Program-made: the position numbers and the translations under genes | Shown here: one piece after another, positions 20,129-29,562 of the stretch | Layout of the letters: every line of letters starts with the position of its first letter | How positions within the stretch are numbered: position 1 is the first letter of the stretch | NCBI GenBank assembly: GCA_016281085.1 | Contig: JAEEHY010000290.1 | Span: 1 to 41,464 of the forward strand | From: Lachnospiraceae bacterium | Lineage (GTDB): Bacteria > Bacillota > Clostridia > Lachnospirales > Lachnospiraceae | Reading direction: 5' to 3' | Length of the DNA stretch: 41,464 nucleotides | Notes under the pieces: generated by a model | The model's input: only the letters and a program-made list of their open reading frames with translations | What the model was told of the DNA's origin: nothing | The model's database searches: none

Positions 20129-20827
20129 ATGGCAACCAAACAGAAAATACTTATAGTAGATGACGACAACAACATAGCGGAGCTTATATCCCTGTATCTT
20201 ACCAAGGAATGCTTTGACACTCAGATAGTCAATGACGGGGAAGCCGCACTTAAGAGCTTTGATACATACAAGCCGGGTCTTGTGCTGCTTGATCTGATGC
20301 TTCCGGGCATAGACGGGTATCAGGTGTGCAGGGAGATCAGAGCAAGATCACAGACACCCATTATCATGCTGTCGGCAAAGGGCGAGATATTTGATAAAGT
20401 ACTGGGCCTTGAACTGGGAGCGGATGACTATATGGAGAAACCGTTTGACAGTAAGGAGCTCGTGGCAAGGGTGAAGGCTGTACTCAGAAGAACACAGGCA
20501 GTCAAGCCGGTAGAGGCTCCGACGGATGTTAAGTGTGTTGAATATCCCGATCTTACCATCAATCAGACCAATTACTCGGTTGTTTATTTCGGAGAGCCTG
20601 TCGAGATGCCGCCGAAAGAGCTGGAGCTTCTCTATTTCCTTGCTTCATCGCCCAATCAGGTGTTTACAAGGGAGCAGCTTCTCGATCATATCTGGGGATA
20701 TGAGTACATAGGCGATACAAGGACGGTTGATGTCCACATCAAGAGACTGCGTGAAAAGATAAAGGACCATGAAATGTGGAGGCTGTCCACGGTGTGGGGA
20801 ATAGGATACAAGTTTGAAGTGAAATGA
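20129..20827 (+). CDS. OmpR/PhoB-family response regulator
   Basis: Receiver domain (ILIVDDD...LLDLMLPGIDG...KPF) plus a winged-helix output domain (RTVDVHIKRLREKI). GGAGAG RBS. Confidence 0.93.
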   Translation: MATKQKILIVDDDNNIAELISLYLTKECFDTQIVNDGEAALKSFDTYKPGLVLLDLMLPGIDGYQVCREIRARSQTPIIMLSAKGEIFDKVLGLELGADDYMEKPFDSKELVARVKAVLRRTQAVKPVEAPTDVKCVEYPDLTINQTNYSVVYFGEPVEMPPKELELLYFLASSPNQVFTREQLLDHIWGYEYIGDTRTVDVHIKRLREKIKDHEMWRLSTVWGIGYKFEVK

Positions 20828-22251
20828 AATACAGAAAAACCTTATACTTAAAGTTCATATTTGCATATCTTGCATTTGGAGCAATAAGTTTCGTACTGAT
20901 AGCTACACTGTTTTCCAGGCTCACCTTCGAGCATCTGCTTAATGATAAGGCGGCTGCCCTTTATAAGGAGGCTACACTTATTTCCACCCGTTATGCGGAT
21001 AATTTCTACAGAGCATCCCTGGAGGCAGAGGATGTCAGGGATCAGCTTGAAGCGATAGACACCTTCACACAGGCCGCCATATGGATAATCAATCCCGACG
21101 GTGAACTGTTGTACAATTCCGAGGACACGTCTGTTGACGAGGAGAATACTGTGGTGATCGGGCATTTTAATCCGACCGATACGGGGAATGATTACTATAT
21201 GCTCGGCAAATTTTACAATTCCTTCGAAGAAGATGTACTCAGTGTGTTTTCACCCATCAATTCGAATTTCCGTGTGCAGGGGTATGTTGTCATGCACTAT
21301 GCACTCAGTAACATTGAGCGAAGCCGTGACAGCCTGATGAATATCTACTATATGGCTCTTGGTATCATGTTTGTACTGTCGCTGCTTGTATTACTTGTGT
21401 TTACGGTTGTAGTGTACAGACCTCTCAAGAAGATAACAAAGGCGACGGAGGAATATGCGGACGGAAATCTTTCACATACCATAGAGGTCGATAAGGATGA
21501 TGAGATAGGACATCTTGCCGCATCGCTTAATTACATGGCATCGGAGCTAAGCAAGGGAGAGGACAACCAGAAGCAGTTCATAGCCAATGTATCACATGAT
21601 TTCCGTTCTCCCCTTACTTCGATAAAGGGTTATATCGAGGCAATGGAGGATGGGACCATCCCTCCTGACATGATGGATAAGTACTTAAAGATAGTACTTA
21701 ACGAGACCGAGAGGCTTACGAAGCTTACCAATTCACTCCTGTCGCTCAACAATCTCAATACGAGAGGGATGCATCTTGACCTGAGTGATTTTGACATAAA
21801 TGCGGTCATCAAGAATACTGCGGCGACCTTTGAGGGTATATGCAAGACCAAGCGGATCAGGTTTAAGCTTGTTCTGTGCGGTGAAAAGCTTTTTGTAAGA
21901 GCCGATGTGGGCAGGATACAGCAGGTCCTTTACAATCTGATCGACAATGCGATTAAGTTCAGCGAGCAGGGATCTGATATCAAGCTTGAAACATCGGAGA
22001 AGAACGACACGATATTCGTATCCGTAAAGGACAGCGGTATAGGTATCCCGAAGGAGAGCCAGAAGCTGGTATTTGACAGGTTTTACAAGACCGATCTGTC
22101 GAGGGGCAAGGACAAGAAAGGTACAGGTCTCGGGCTGGCGATCGTTAAGGAGATCATCAACGCCCATCATGAGAATATAAATGTAATAAGTACCGTGGGA
22201 GTGGGAACGGAATTCATATTTACACTTCCCAAGAGTAAAGTGGAGGGCTAA
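20824..22251 (+). CDS. Sensor histidine kinase (2 TM, extracytoplasmic loop, HAMP, HisKA, HATPase_c)
   Basis: ATGA overlap with the regulator gene. H-box SHDFRSPLTSIKGY, N-box LIDNAIKF and G-boxes DSGIGI / GTGLGLAIV. Confidence 0.93.
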   Translation: MKYRKTLYLKFIFAYLAFGAISFVLIATLFSRLTFEHLLNDKAAALYKEATLISTRYADNFYRASLEAEDVRDQLEAIDTFTQAAIWIINPDGELLYNSEDTSVDEENTVVIGHFNPTDTGNDYYMLGKFYNSFEEDVLSVFSPINSNFRVQGYVVMHYALSNIERSRDSLMNIYYMALGIMFVLSLLVLLVFTVVVYRPLKKITKATEEYADGNLSHTIEVDKDDEIGHLAASLNYMASELSKGEDNQKQFIANVSHDFRSPLTSIKGYIEAMEDGTIPPDMMDKYLKIVLNETERLTKLTNSLLSLNNLNTRGMHLDLSDFDINAVIKNTAATFEGICKTKRIRFKLVLCGEKLFVRADVGRIQQVLYNLIDNAIKFSEQGSDIKLETSEKNDTIFVSVKDSGIGIPKESQKLVFDRFYKTDLSRGKDKKGTGLGLAIVKEIINAHHENINVISTVGVGTEFIFTLPKSKVEG

Positions 22252-22259
22252 GGATTCAA

Positions 22260-22760
22260 ATGCCGCTTAACATTGTGCTTCATGAGCCGGAGATCCCGGC
22301 AAATACAGGAAATATCGGACGTACCTGTGTCGCAACAGGCACAGTTCTTCATCTTATCGAACCGTTGGGGTTCCAACTGACAGAGAAGAATATAAAAAGA
22401 GCCGGCATGGATTACTGGGATAAGCTGGATGTGAGAAGGTATATAAACTATGAGGAGTTCATGGAGATGAACGGACATCCGAAGGTTTATATGGCAACTA
22501 CCAAGGCACACAGGGTATATTCGGAAGTACAGTTTGATAAAGATGCTTTCATAATGTTTGGAAAGGAGAGCGCGGGTATACCGGAGGAAATACTGGTCGA
22601 TAATGAAGAGACCTGTATCAGGATCCCGATGCTTGATGATATAAGATCACTTAACCTTTCCAATTCGGTAGCGGTAATACTGTATGAAGCGCTCCGCCAG
22701 CAGGGATTTTCGTCTATGCGGAAGACGGGAGAGCTTCACAGATTGAAGTGGCTTACTTAA
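22260..22760 (+). CDS. trmL: tRNA (cytidine/uridine(34)-2'-O)-methyltransferase, SpoU/TrmL family
   Basis: 166 aa with N-terminal LHEPEIPANTGNIGRTC and C-terminal LNLSNSVAVILYEALRQ SPOUT knot motifs. Confidence 0.88.
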   Translation: MPLNIVLHEPEIPANTGNIGRTCVATGTVLHLIEPLGFQLTEKNIKRAGMDYWDKLDVRRYINYEEFMEMNGHPKVYMATTKAHRVYSEVQFDKDAFIMFGKESAGIPEEILVDNEETCIRIPMLDDIRSLNLSNSVAVILYEALRQQGFSSMRKTGELHRLKWLT

Positions 22761-22775
22761 AAGAAGGGGCGTCAT

Positions 22776-24263
22776 ATGGATGAAAGAAACAAGAACATTG
22801 TGGATGAAGTAAAGAATGAGAACGGGCTTGCGGCAGAGACAAACAGCCAGAACTTCGAATTCATGACCGAAACAATAAAGGAGAAGCCGATAAGTAAAAG
22901 ACGTATGTTCCTGAATGCGTTGTTTACCTGTATCCTTGCGCTTGCATTCGGTACGATAGCATGCTTTACCTTTGTGTCGTTATACCCCATATTTAATGAG
23001 TGGCTTTATCCGGTCGATGAAACAAAGGTCGTAAGCTTTAAACAGTCTGATGATGAAACGGACGAAATAAGGGAGCCGGGCAACGGGAACGGAACCGATG
23101 CGGATGATAATTCCGGTCCGGATAATGACAGTACAGCTGAGATCACAGATAAGGAAAATGATGACAGGGATCAGGGTGACGATCTGACTGTCAGTGAAAA
23201 TGAGCAGGGAACCGTATCCGTAAATGAAGCGGCACCGGCACCCAAGATCATAACGCAGGTCGTTGAAACCGTTAACAAGGATCTTGAAATAGAGGATTAT
23301 GCCAAGCTGTACCAGCAGATCGGTGAAGTGGCTAATGAGGCACGTCGGGCGGTTGTGACTGTTACGGGCCTGAGTGCCAATACGGACTGGTTCATGAATG
23401 TATATGAGAACAAGCATACGGCAGCAGGCCTTATCATGGCAGAGAACGGAAAGGAGATGCTGATCCTGACACGAACAAGCGTGATAGACACCTCGGACAA
23501 GATAGCGGTAACTTTCTGCGACGGGGCAAGGTATGATGCTGTACGTAAGAAATCCGATCCCAATACGGACATTTCCGTTATAGCAGTAAATTTGGATGAG
23601 ATAAGTAACGAGACCAAGGAGGCCTGCAAGCTTGCCGAGCTGGGAAATACCAATGGATCTTCAATCGACGGAATGCCTGTCGTAGCGCTGGGTGATCCTC
23701 TTGGGGTATCTGAATCGATAGCAATAGGACAGATCACCTCACATACATCAGTAAGAGATATGACCGATACCAATGTATCGATACTTACAACGGATATCTA
23801 CGGAAGTGCCAATGCAAGCGGTGTAATAATAAACATGGCGGGAAAAGTCCTTGGCATAATCACTCAGGACGGTGCTACATCCGATGCCAAGAACCTGATC
23901 CGGGGATATTCGATATCCGATCTTAAGGATAAGCTTGAAAAGCTTTCAAACGGTCAGGAAATAGCCTGTCTTGGAATAATCGGTCTGGATGTTACCGAGG
24001 AGGCGGCTGAGGATTTCGGTGTTCCCATGGGTGCATATGTTAAACAGGTTGTGATCGATTCGCCCGCCATGGAAGCAGGCATACAGAACGGTGATGTGAT
24101 CGTTAAGCTGGGAACAACGGATATCCATTCGTTTTCGGATTATAAGGATGCGATGATCAAATGTCAGCCGGATGACCTTATGATGGTGACCGTCAAACGG
24201 CTGGGAAGAGATGAATATGTAGAGCTGTCATATGAGATCACGCTAGGTAAGCTGAGTGAATAA
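22776..24263 (+). CDS. Membrane-anchored HtrA-like (S1C trypsin fold plus PDZ) protein with a non-canonical catalytic triad
   Basis: One TM helix, an acidic low-complexity linker, a trypsin-like core and a C-terminal PDZ domain (GAYVKQVVIDSPAMEAGIQNGDVIVKLG). The catalytic motifs read ILTRTSVI (normally ILTNxHV) and SANASGV (normally GNSGGP). Confidence 0.75.
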   Translation: MDERNKNIVDEVKNENGLAAETNSQNFEFMTETIKEKPISKRRMFLNALFTCILALAFGTIACFTFVSLYPIFNEWLYPVDETKVVSFKQSDDETDEIREPGNGNGTDADDNSGPDNDSTAEITDKENDDRDQGDDLTVSENEQGTVSVNEAAPAPKIITQVVETVNKDLEIEDYAKLYQQIGEVANEARRAVVTVTGLSANTDWFMNVYENKHTAAGLIMAENGKEMLILTRTSVIDTSDKIAVTFCDGARYDAVRKKSDPNTDISVIAVNLDEISNETKEACKLAELGNTNGSSIDGMPVVALGDPLGVSESIAIGQITSHTSVRDMTDTNVSILTTDIYGSANASGVIINMAGKVLGIITQDGATSDAKNLIRGYSISDLKDKLEKLSNGQEIACLGIIGLDVTEEAAEDFGVPMGAYVKQVVIDSPAMEAGIQNGDVIVKLGTTDIHSFSDYKDAMIKCQPDDLMMVTVKRLGRDEYVELSYEITLGKLSE

Positions 24264-24311
24264 AAATGAGTCATTGGAAACAGTTTATGACTCACTAAGG
24301 AGGAACCGGAT

Positions 24312-25280
24312 TTGAAATATATCGAAACACTGAGGGAAAGCGACAACATAATGGACATATACCTCATAAAGCACAAACAGTCGGCGGTGACCAAGAACGG
24401 AAAGCCTTATGAGAATGTCATTTTACAGGATAAGACAGGAACGATAGATTCCAAGATATGGGATGTTTCTTCAGCCGGCATCGAGGATTTTGATGTGCTC
24501 GATTACTGCATGGTGGGCGGACAGGTTACATCATTTAACGGCCAGCTTCAGGTGAACATCAAGAGGATCAGGAAGGCTAAGGAAGGTGAATATATTCCGG
24601 GTGATTATCTGCCGATGACTACCGGGAATATTGATGAAATGTATAGTGAACTGCTTAAGATCATGTCAGGTATCAATTCCCCGTATCTTAAGAAGCTGTG
24701 CGAGGCATTTTTTAAGGACGATAATGACTTTATAACTGCGTTTAAGAAAAGCTCGGCTGCAAAAAGCGTACATCACGGTTTTGTGGGAGGTCTGCTGGAG
24801 CATACCCTGAGTGTTGTAAAGCTGTGTGATTTCTATTGTACACGTTACAGGATGCTTAACAGGGATCTGCTGCTTACGGCAGCAATGCTTCATGATATAG
24901 GAAAGGTAAAGGAACTGTCGGCCTTCCCGCAGAATGATTATACCGATGACGGACAGCTGCTCGGACATATCGTTATGGGATATGAAATGGTTGGTGAGAA
25001 GGTAAAGAATATAGATGGATTTCCGCATCAGCTGGAGGCAGAGGTCAAGCACTGCATACTGGCACATCACGGAGAGTATGAATTCGGTTCACCCAAGAAG
25101 CCTGCTCTGATGGAAGCTTTGGCTCTTAACATGGCGGACAATCTTGATGCCAAGATGGAAACACTTACTGAGCTGTTTAATTCAACAACCGATAAAGGCT
25201 GGCTTGGTTTCAACAGACTTATAGACAGTAACATAAGGAAGACGGGTGAGTCGGGGGATGCACCTGCCGGTTTGTTTTGA
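24312..25280 (+). CDS. yhaM: 3'-5' exoribonuclease YhaM family (OB-fold plus HD domain)
   Basis: TTG start 8 nt after TAAGGAGGA. N-terminal OB region (NGKPYENVILQDKTGTIDSKIWD) and HD motifs (HHGFVGGLLEHT, LHDIGK, ILAHHGE). Confidence 0.88.
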   Translation: MKYIETLRESDNIMDIYLIKHKQSAVTKNGKPYENVILQDKTGTIDSKIWDVSSAGIEDFDVLDYCMVGGQVTSFNGQLQVNIKRIRKAKEGEYIPGDYLPMTTGNIDEMYSELLKIMSGINSPYLKKLCEAFFKDDNDFITAFKKSSAAKSVHHGFVGGLLEHTLSVVKLCDFYCTRYRMLNRDLLLTAAMLHDIGKVKELSAFPQNDYTDDGQLLGHIVMGYEMVGEKVKNIDGFPHQLEAEVKHCILAHHGEYEFGSPKKPALMEALALNMADNLDAKMETLTELFNSTTDKGWLGFNRLIDSNIRKTGESGDAPAGLF

Positions 25281-25298
25281 TCGAGGTATTGTTCATAA

Positions 25299-26711
25299 AT
25301 GGAATATAAAAAGAACGATATGGTAAGGCTTGAAATAACGGATATGACGGCAGAGGGCATGGGAGTCGGTAAGATTGACGGCTATGCCCTTTTTGTTAAG
25401 GATGCGATCGTAGGCGATGTGCTGGATGTGCGGATTGTCAAGGTTAAGAAGAATTATGGATACGGGCGTGTTGAGAAGATCATCCGTCCGTCATCCGACA
25501 GGGTAAAACCACGCTGCCCGATCGCAAGGCAGTGCGGCGGCTGCCAGATACAGGAATTAAAGTATGATGCCCAGCTTAAACTGAAGCAGAACAAGGTCAG
25601 GAATAACCTTATAAGGATCGGAGGGTTTACACCCGGGCAGACAGATTCCGTCATGGAACTGATGATCGGAATGGACGATCCGTGGAGATACAGAAATAAA
25701 GCTCAATATCCCACAGGTACTGATAAGGAAGGCAACACTGTTGCCGGCTTCTATGCGGGTAGGACTCACAGCATAATCCCGTGTACGGACTGTGTACTCC
25801 TGCCGGAGGAAAATAGTACAATACTTGAGATTGTTCTGGAGCATATGAAAAGACATGGAATTACTGCATATGATGAAAACGATGGCAGTGGCACTGTGCG
25901 TCATGTAATGATACGAAAAGGATTCGCAACAGGCGAGATAATGGTATGTCTTGTTATCACCCATACGGGAAAGAGGAGAGCCGGGGAGGCAGGAGGAGTT
26001 GTCCCTGAAGAATATATAACCGGTCAGAATGAATTGATCTATAAGCTCTGTGAAATTCCCGGTATGAAGTCGGTCTGTGTTTCCGTAAACAATGATAATA
26101 CGAATGTGATCATGGGAAATGAGACACATACACTTTACGGAAGTGATACGATAAATGATATCCTGCTCGATAAGAGGTTTGAGATATCTCCGCTTTCGTT
26201 TTATCAGGTTAATCCGGTTCAGGTTGAGAAGCTTTACGGAACTGCCATCGAATATGCAGGACTTACCGGCAATGAAGAGGTGTGGGATGTATGCTGTGGA
26301 ATAGGTACCATATCCATATGTATGTCAGATAAGGCAAAGTGTGTTCACGGACTTGAGATAGTTCCGGAAGCAATAGAGGACGCAAAAAGAAATGCGGCAC
26401 TCAACAATGCTGACAATGTTGAGTTCATATGTGCGGCGGCGGAGGAATATCTGCCTGCGCATAAGGACCAGATAACAGCGAATGTGGTAGTTCTTGACCC
26501 GCCAAGAAAGGGTATGGACGAGGCAGCGCTTTTGGCCATTGTCGGTATTAAACCGGATAAGATAGTATATGTGAGCTGCGACGGTGCAACCCTGGCCCGT
26601 GACCTTAAATACTTAACGGGATACGGCTATGAACTTAAAAAGGTCAGATGTACTGATATGTTCAGCCAGACAGTTCACATAGAAACCGTCTGTTTGCTGA
26701 CGCGGGATTAG
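25299..26711 (+). CDS. rlmD: 23S rRNA (uracil-C5)-methyltransferase, RlmD/RumA family (TRAM domain, Fe-S cysteines, SAM methyltransferase)
   Basis: N-terminal TRAM domain (GMGVGKIDGYALFVKDAIVGD), a Cys cluster (CPIARQCGGCQ), SFYQVN and VLDPPRKG motifs, and a catalytic YVSCD. Confidence 0.9.
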   Translation: MEYKKNDMVRLEITDMTAEGMGVGKIDGYALFVKDAIVGDVLDVRIVKVKKNYGYGRVEKIIRPSSDRVKPRCPIARQCGGCQIQELKYDAQLKLKQNKVRNNLIRIGGFTPGQTDSVMELMIGMDDPWRYRNKAQYPTGTDKEGNTVAGFYAGRTHSIIPCTDCVLLPEENSTILEIVLEHMKRHGITAYDENDGSGTVRHVMIRKGFATGEIMVCLVITHTGKRRAGEAGGVVPEEYITGQNELIYKLCEIPGMKSVCVSVNNDNTNVIMGNETHTLYGSDTINDILLDKRFEISPLSFYQVNPVQVEKLYGTAIEYAGLTGNEEVWDVCCGIGTISICMSDKAKCVHGLEIVPEAIEDAKRNAALNNADNVEFICAAAEEYLPAHKDQITANVVVLDPPRKGMDEAALLAIVGIKPDKIVYVSCDGATLARDLKYLTGYGYELKKVRCTDMFSQTVHIETVCLLTRD

Positions 26712-26986
26712 TGTTATCAGGCAAAGAAGTAATATCACAGCTTGGGGATGCTTATAAAGTTTCTATAATATATTCATGGAAATTTTTGATCATCCCTTGA
26801 AATACAAAACAGTTTATGTTAACATAATATCGTTGATGGAACGATCGACCGATGATTCGTCCTGGTGGGAAAAGGATTGGACGATGAGATCTTTGGTGAA
26901 GTCACAGACAATTTAATATTTCAATACACATTTGCACGAAGGGAAAAGGATGAGCAAATAATGATTGATCTTTATTATGGATCCAT

Positions 26987-27028
26987 ATCCTCATTCTTTT
27001 TGTATATGCAAATTGAATGAGGATTTTT
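26987..27028 (+). promoter_or_regulatory. Terminator-like hairpin with a U-tract immediately upstream of the hddA RBS (candidate attenuator)
   Basis: atcctcattc / gaatgaggat gives a perfect 10-bp stem with an 18-nt loop, followed by ttttt. AGGAGG follows 6 nt later. Confidence 0.4.
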
Positions 27029-27044
27029 GATTTAGGAGGTTAAT

Positions 27045-28019
27045 ATGATAGTAGCACGCAGCCCGCTCAGGATATCGCTCGGAGGAGGAGGTACCGATCT
27101 TCCTTCATATTATCAGCAGAGAGAAGGATTTCTTATTTCCGCAGCAATTGATAAATACGTATACATTACCCTGCATGAGACTTTTGATAAGGGATATTTC
27201 CTTAAATACTCCAAGTTTGAGCATGTTCAGGAGATTGATGAGATACAGCATCCGATAATCAGGGAAGCGCTTAAGATGCTTAACTGGAACGAGAATCATA
27301 TTGAGATCTGTTCCATGGCAGATATCCCTGCAGGGACAGGCCTTGGTTCATCAAGCAGCTTCACAACAGCGCTTCTTCGTGCTCTTCATACAATGCAGGG
27401 GAATATAGTGAGCACACGTACACTTGCCGAGGAAGCCTGTGAGATAGAGATGAACCGTCTCAAAGAACCCATAGGAAAACAGGATCAGTACATAGCTGCA
27501 TATGGCGGTATCACCTGCATGAATTTTCATAAGGACGGATACGTATGGGTCGATCCGCTCAATATTTCGAAAGAAACCCTGTACAATCTTGAAGACAATC
27601 TCATTCTTTACTTTACCGGGTTTTCGCGTTCGGCGGGAAGCATCCTTAAGGAGCAGGATGATAAGAGCAGGGATAAGAATTCTGATATGCTGAAAAACCT
27701 TGATTTCGTTAAGGATCTCGGTTATCAGAGTAAAAAGGCATTTGAGGCAGGAGATCTTGACGCATTTGCCGACATCATGAATGTACATTGGGAATATAAG
27801 AAGAAACGCTCCGGCGGTATGAGTAATCCTCAGATAGATGAGTGGTATGACATGGCACTTAAGAACGGTGCCAAGGGAGGCAAGATGATAGGTGCCGGCG
27901 GCGGCGGCTTCCTGATGTTCTACTGCGAGGACAAGAGAAGGCTTCGCGAAGCCATGAAGGATACGGGAATGGAAGAGGTAAGGTTCCGCTTTGAAATGGA
28001 AGGCTCAAGGGTACTGTAA
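27045..28019 (+). CDS. hddA: GHMP-family sugar kinase, D-glycero-alpha-D-manno-heptose 7-phosphate kinase type
   Basis: 324 aa with RSPLRISLGGGGTDLPSYY at the N-terminus and the GHMP motif PAGTGLGSSSS. AGGAGG RBS. Confidence 0.85.
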   Translation: MIVARSPLRISLGGGGTDLPSYYQQREGFLISAAIDKYVYITLHETFDKGYFLKYSKFEHVQEIDEIQHPIIREALKMLNWNENHIEICSMADIPAGTGLGSSSSFTTALLRALHTMQGNIVSTRTLAEEACEIEMNRLKEPIGKQDQYIAAYGGITCMNFHKDGYVWVDPLNISKETLYNLEDNLILYFTGFSRSAGSILKEQDDKSRDKNSDMLKNLDFVKDLGYQSKKAFEAGDLDAFADIMNVHWEYKKKRSGGMSNPQIDEWYDMALKNGAKGGKMIGAGGGGFLMFYCEDKRRLREAMKDTGMEEVRFRFEMEGSRVL

Positions 28020-28021
28020 TT

Positions 28022-29458
28022 ATGATGAACGCTGAAGAAGTAAGGTTCAAAAGTCCGGAGGATATGCAGGTTGTAGTCCTGATGGGAGGCCTGGGTACAA
28101 GGCTTAAGGAATTTACCAGGGAGTGTCCGAAGCCTTTGGTTGATGTTGAAGGACGACCGTTCTTTGATTACTCGCTTAAGCTGCTCATGCATCACGGATT
28201 CAGGAAGTTCCTTTTTCTTATCGGCTACCGTGCGGAGATGATCGAGGAATACTACGGTGACGGCAGCAGGCTGGGGATATCGATAACCTACTGTTATGAC
28301 GGTAAGGAACTTCTGGGAACAGGCGGGGCTGTTAAACGAGCGTATGATCATCTTGAGGATGATTTTCTTCTGATGTACGGTGACTCATTCATGGATATTG
28401 ATTATGAGGAAACACTGTACAGATATTTTGAGGGCAGATTACGTGGGATGCGGGCTCTTATGACCGTTCTTAAGAACGGTAACCGTTTTGATAAGTCAAA
28501 CGTGATCATGGACGGTACGGAAATAAAGCTGTACAACAAAAAGGATATCTCTCCCGGAATGGATTATATAGACTACGGAGTGTGCGTTTATGAGAAGAGC
28601 CTCTTTTCGGATGACTACATAAACGGACTGCTCGGCCGGGAAGGTGAAGCGGATAATGACCCTGATAATAAAACCGGTACTTTGACATCGGACAGTGATC
28701 AGTCGGGCAATGCAGATCATCAGAATGTAAAGTTTGATATAGCAGTACTTCAGAACAGACTCAGCATTGATAAACAGATTGCAGCACATATAGTTACGAA
28801 ACGTTTCTATGAAATAGGAAGTCCGACTGCTTTAAATGAATTCAGGAACTATGTGAAGCACAGATTTAATGAAAAACATCCGGCGGTCTTTCTTGACAGG
28901 GATGGTGTTCTTAACGAGATCGTATTCAATGATGATATCGAGCAGATGGATTCCCCGCAGAAGCTGTCACAGTTTAAGGCTTTTCCGGAAGCGGCGGATG
29001 CAATAAAGGCATTCAGGGATAAGGGTTACTACATATTTATAGTGACCAATCAGCCCGGAGCGGCCAAGGGCAAATCACAGCTTAAGACACTGTATGATAT
29101 AAATACGATGTTTATCGAACAGCTGAGTGAGCAGGGAGCAGAGGTTGACGGTGTTTATATGTGCCCGCATTATCCGAAGATGTGTGAGCATACAAAGGAG
29201 AAGTTTCTTATTAAGAAATGCGACTGCAGGAAACCGAAGCCGGGACTTCTGTTTAAGCCGAAGGATATCTACAATATCGATTATGACAATTCATATATGA
29301 TCGGTGATTCGTTTACGGATATAGTTGCGGGAAATGCTGCGGGAGTTAAGACGGTGTTCATAGGAGAACTGAAATGCGATGCCTGCAAGAGGCTGTGTGA
29401 TGTCGAGCCGGATCATATAGTGCATAATGTTTCCGAGGCAGCAAAGATCGTGTTGTGA
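28022..29458 (+). CDS. Bifunctional sugar-1-phosphate guanylyltransferase (HddC-like) / heptose 1,7-bisphosphate phosphatase (GmhB-like) fusion
   Basis: The N-terminal half has LMGGLGTRLK...PKPLV nucleotidyltransferase motifs. The C-terminal half has HAD motifs FLDRDGVLN, VTNQPG, CDCRKPKPG and GDSFTDIVAG. The start lies 2 nt after the hddA stop. Confidence 0.85.
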   Translation: MMNAEEVRFKSPEDMQVVVLMGGLGTRLKEFTRECPKPLVDVEGRPFFDYSLKLLMHHGFRKFLFLIGYRAEMIEEYYGDGSRLGISITYCYDGKELLGTGGAVKRAYDHLEDDFLLMYGDSFMDIDYEETLYRYFEGRLRGMRALMTVLKNGNRFDKSNVIMDGTEIKLYNKKDISPGMDYIDYGVCVYEKSLFSDDYINGLLGREGEADNDPDNKTGTLTSDSDQSGNADHQNVKFDIAVLQNRLSIDKQIAAHIVTKRFYEIGSPTALNEFRNYVKHRFNEKHPAVFLDRDGVLNEIVFNDDIEQMDSPQKLSQFKAFPEAADAIKAFRDKGYYIFIVTNQPGAAKGKSQLKTLYDINTMFIEQLSEQGAEVDGVYMCPHYPKMCEHTKEKFLIKKCDCRKPKPGLLFKPKDIYNIDYDNSYMIGDSFTDIVAGNAAGVKTVFIGELKCDACKRLCDVEPDHIVHNVSEAAKIVL

Positions 29459-29562
29459 AAACTGAGAACCATCATAAAGGATCCGCAGCCTTATGACATT
29501 CGTGATAACGAATGCATACCGCAAGCGGTATCCCTTATGACAAATAAAAAGGAGGGTATAAA

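Noticed and set aside
26836-26916. 26-codon mini-ORF with three Trp in seven codons (MERSTDDSSWWEKDW...) in the leader of the sugar operon, resembling a Trp-attenuation leader peptide
   Set aside because: It has no RBS. It does not overlap the terminator-like hairpin, and the downstream operon is unrelated to tryptophan. It is most likely chance.
29459-29562. 10-nt direct repeat ccttatgaca (twice) and a small ataccg-caag-cggtat hairpin between the fusion gene and gmhA
   Set aside because: It is too short to distinguish from chance and has no T-tract or recognisable operator symmetry. I note it only as a possible mRNA processing or stability element.
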